Shown: positions 60,646 through 64,000 of the stretch, one piece after another | How positions within the stretch are numbered: position 1 is the first letter of the stretch | Layout: every line of letters starts with the position of its first letter | Assembly (NCBI GenBank): GCA_009602725.1 | Contig: WELB01000021.1 | Span: 679,502 to 743,501, forward strand | Reading direction: 5' to 3' | Source: Spirogloea muscicola | Lineage: Eukaryota | Length of the DNA: 64,000 nucleotides | The notes under the pieces: model-generated | Seen by the model: the letters and a program-made list of their open reading frames with translations, nothing else | Databases searched by the model: none | Told to the model about the DNA's origin: nothing | Position numbers and translations under genes: made by a program

Positions 60646-61614
60646 AAAGGTCTGAAACGGCCGGAAGGCGCAAGAAGCAAGCAATCTGCAGTGCCGCGGT
60701 TTGCCGCGGGGCCGCACATTTGCGGCCGCGGACGCGGCGCGGTGGCGCGGCACGCTCGGCTGCGTTGTCGTCTCATCGTGGTCGGGAGCGCGCTCCGTTG
60801 CGTCGGGGGTCTCTTCAACGCGCGCGAAGGGCGGGAAGGTGACGCGTCGAGATTCTGTCAATGCCTCCGCTTTGCACGCAGTCAGCCGCTCAAGTCGCCC
60901 GCCGGATGTCCGACGTCGATTCCTACTTATGGTTGTATACCAAAAGGAAGGGTCTTTCTCCTCGTTTCCTCGGCTTTGCGCTTTCCGCCTGATTTGGCCT
61001 CATTTGGCCTCCATTATATTTGAGTGGAAGCGCACGGCTTCCTTCTGTCCCCTTCATCGCTGATTAAAGAAGAAATGAGCGCCATTGTATGCCGGTGGGG
61101 GTTGGGGGCCTGTAGTGTTGACACTTACTGAAGTACAAGGTTCACTAAATCAGACCAATCAAGCTTAGCGGCAAGGTTCCACTTCATCTTGCACACCCTG
61201 CACAATACGATTTGCAGTTTGTGATCTGGTGCTCACAAATAGGCGACTATTCAGGCCAAGTACTGAGGCAAGTCCGTCCTACTACTCGCTCGAGAATGAG
61301 GATGCCCACTGACAGCTTCCATAGGGTCCTACTGACCATTCTAGTACTTGCCCACGCCCGCTAAGTTGGCAAATCTCTTCCTCCCCCGGCGCTACAAGAG
61401 ACCCTTACGTAGTGGAACCTCCACTTGGCAGAGGCTTTCTGCAGCTTAACGTTTTCGAGTTCATTCAGACTACTCAATATGAAAAGTCCCCCGGAATTTA
61501 ATCAAAGCTATGGCGTTGGCCTTAATCGATCCTCTGCAGCAGCTGCAGCACAACTCTGGTCTTGAGAGAGGTAGGCTATGGAGGCTGGGAAGTGACCTTG
61601 ACATGATCTTGACT

Positions 61615-63605
61615 CTTTTTCGACTTCTCCCACCACTTTATCGCCTTCTCCCACCACAAGAGTGGTGGCAGATCTCCCACCACAAGAGTGGTGGGAGAAG
61701 GTATCTTGTTTTGTCTTCCTGAAGGGATCGCAGACATGCGCCGTAGAGTCGATGTGCGCCAGGAACCTGCACAAGTAGCAGCCTCGGTGTCTAGAGTGAA
61801 AGACGCTTCCAGGAGTGGGCGGTGGCTGGGAGGGGCCAGCACAGATGAAATAATGAACAAAGTTCGATGGGGCCAGGGAAAGCGCTAAAGGCAGCACACA
61901 TGGTATCAAGCAGCTACGAAATACTCAGCAACCCCTGCTAAGCAGCCTCAGATGTTTAGGGCCCCTCTCTTACCTTTAGCTTCGAGCTGCCCACGTGTGC
62001 GGCACAGCGTGATAGGACAGACAGCTGAAGGCTGAAAGCTTGGGGTTGCCTTCAATACTTGATCCATTCAACTGGGCTTGCGTTTCGTCTACTTCCCTAT
62101 GGACCCGGGAAGTGAACGCCTCCGCCGTCGTAGCTGCGCAAATTCCAGCTAAGGAAATGTCAAAGGGAGTCGACTCGGTCTAGGGTGCAGCCCCAAGAGA
62201 AACAGCCCTTCCAACTTTCGGCAATGGCTGTGAGAGGCAGATGGCGCGCAGTGCACAATGGTGAAGCGGAGGCCAAATCACAGCACGGCCAGCACCTGCG
62301 TGCCGGCCGTGCCGTGCTCTAGCTGCAGCCTCTGGCTTTCGTCAGGGAGATTGCTTCCCGGCTGCTAGTCTTTCGGATTTGCGGCTCCTCACTCGTGGTC
62401 ACTCGTGACGCCTAGTATCTGCTTTTTGCGCCATCCGGCCCTTTCCTAACCCGTCCATTCCTTTGGGCTGGCCTCTCACAGCCACTGCTGTCAATTCGGA
62501 AGAGCTGTCTCCTTTACTGTGTCATCCATCCTACCCAAGCTCTGAGAGTGCTTTTCGGCCCATTCTGACCTTGCTCATTTTTCTCGGGCTGGCTGTTCAC
62601 AGCCCTCGCCCCCCTTAGGAGAGCCACTTATCCTTTTGGAAGAGCTCACTTCTTCTCTCAGTCTAGGGTATTGGCTGTGAGAGGCCAGCCCAAAGAATTG
62701 AACAAATTTTATAGGGCAGGAAGGCGCAGACGGACATGATTTTCAGTGACTTCTGCCAAAAGTGCGCCGTGCATGAGCTCCGCTTGGCCTCCCTTATGGA
62801 TTATGCGCACCGTGCACAGTCTCCCTCTCTTAGCTATTAGGTCCCTTAGCATAGGGCTTCGCTTAATTCAGGCCCATCTTTTGCACTAGCTTCTGCCTGA
62901 ACAGAGCATTTGCTTCACATGGCCTACCTTTCGTTTAATATACACCGCGCGTCTTCTCTCCTGCAGAGGAGCAGGTGTTGGTCGAGAACATCCACCCACT
63001 TTAAGAAGGTGGCTGGGTCGAGAAGATCGCCGAATAGCGGATTCACAGGCAGAATGCAATGTGTGGCTTGGGCAAGCTGTGCGCGTATGAGCGAGTAAGT
63101 GGCTTGTACTCCATTGGGCTGGCCTCTCCCTCTTCTCATAGCCATTGCCCCCATTAGTATAGCTTCTTCTGTCCGAGGTGGGGTGAAGGTTTCTACCTTG
63201 GGGGTATCCTGGGATCACGGAAGCACTGTGGGAGATATGCTAGCCACAGGCACACCGCCACTCCAGTGGAATCATTGTTGGCCGTCAGCAAGTCAGAATT
63301 ATTTTGACAAGGTCAACAAGGGGCCGGAGAGCGACTACCACGAAGCTACATCCGAGCGGAGGGGGGCGAGAAAAGCAGCTCTCAAAGGGGTGAGGGCTGT
63401 AAACAGCCAGCCAGCTTAGACTGTACAAGGTAAGGCGAGGTGGACGAGGCGAGAGGAGAAGTGACTGTTGTCAAGACCACAGCAGGCACCCGTTGTGGTC
63501 TTCAACAAATTGTCACCGGCGCCTTTGGACCTTGTTCATTCTTTGTGGGCGAAATGGCTTCTTCCCAGCCCTCGCCTTTGCACCTGAGTTGCTTCTCCTC
63601 GGCTT
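61615..63605 (+). repeat. ~2 kb direct duplication, copy 2
   Basis: See 57275-59321. Confidence 0.95.
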
Positions 63606-63699
63606 TGCAGTAAGACGGCGTCAGCCATTTCAGCTGGAGACGAGGCAGCCCAACCAAGTTGGCAAGTTGTGCCCGGCGAGAGTCGTAAGAAAGAAAGAC

Positions 63700-64000
63700 T
63701 CTTCAGTAGAATGGAATGTGGCTCTCCCAATGGGGGCAAGGTTTGTGAACAGCCAGCCATAAAAGATTGACTATCTTCGAAGGGGCCAAAAGCGCTCTCA
63801 GAGCTTGGCCGGTAGGATGTATTACTCAGTAAGCACGAGTGAGGGCCGCAAATCAGAAAGACTAGAAAGAAAGTGGCTCTGCCAAAGAAAATGGGCGAGG
63901 GTTTTAGGGTAGATGACGACGGCCGTGATTGGTCAGCCCAGTAAGGAATGACAATGTCCGAAGGGGCCAAAAAAACATTAAAGCATGAGAAAGTCAAGCT
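63700..64000 (-). mobile_element. Two head-to-tail CRE-like 3' tails
   Basis: Reverse tail modules lie at ~63740 and ~63930, and the minus strand reads SLSDLRPSLVL/TACTGAG at ~63826-63865. Confidence 0.65.

Noticed and set aside
57275..63605. Intact LTR retrotransposon with 2 kb LTRs
   Set aside because: There are no TG...CA termini, PBS or PPT, and no gag/pol between the repeats.
280..63990. Recurrent GGGCTGGC...CAGCC palindrome as a CRISPR repeat, bacterial REP or rho-independent terminator
   Set aside because: Spacing is irregular, orientation is mixed, there are no cas genes, the context is eukaryotic and intron-rich, and the motif is consistently linked to retrotransposon C-termini.

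Overview
This is eukaryotic, intron-containing, moderately GC-rich DNA from a streptophyte. It carries WRKY, NAC, DUF579 and OEP24 homologues, and a charophyte-type alga is my inference rather than something proven. No rRNA, tRNA or CRISPR array was recognised. The dominant feature is a swarm of mostly 5'-truncated copies from several diverged families of RLE-type (CRE-clade-like) non-LTR retrotransposons. Their fragments together cover N-terminal Zn-finger, pre-RT, RT (QGDPL/YADD), CCHC, RLE and a conserved C-terminus (SDLxLLxRGY*). Most copies lack poly(A) and end in a shared module, ...CTTGTYCATTCTTTT-GGGCTGGCYTYTCMCAGCC-N10-16-GRARAGCY-pyrimidines. I count roughly 50 or more copies of it by eye, packed into nested, often head-to-tail islands. 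Between the islands lie a non-canonical WRKY gene, a divergent NAC gene and its decayed paralogue, two disrupted DUF579 (GXM/AGM-like methyltransferase) genes, an OEP24 first-exon relic, a decayed Ty1/copia element, several unidentified spliced (pseudo)genes, a tandem exon-intron amplification and a ~2 kb direct duplication. All calls come from manual reading, and boundaries are approximate unless splice sites are given.
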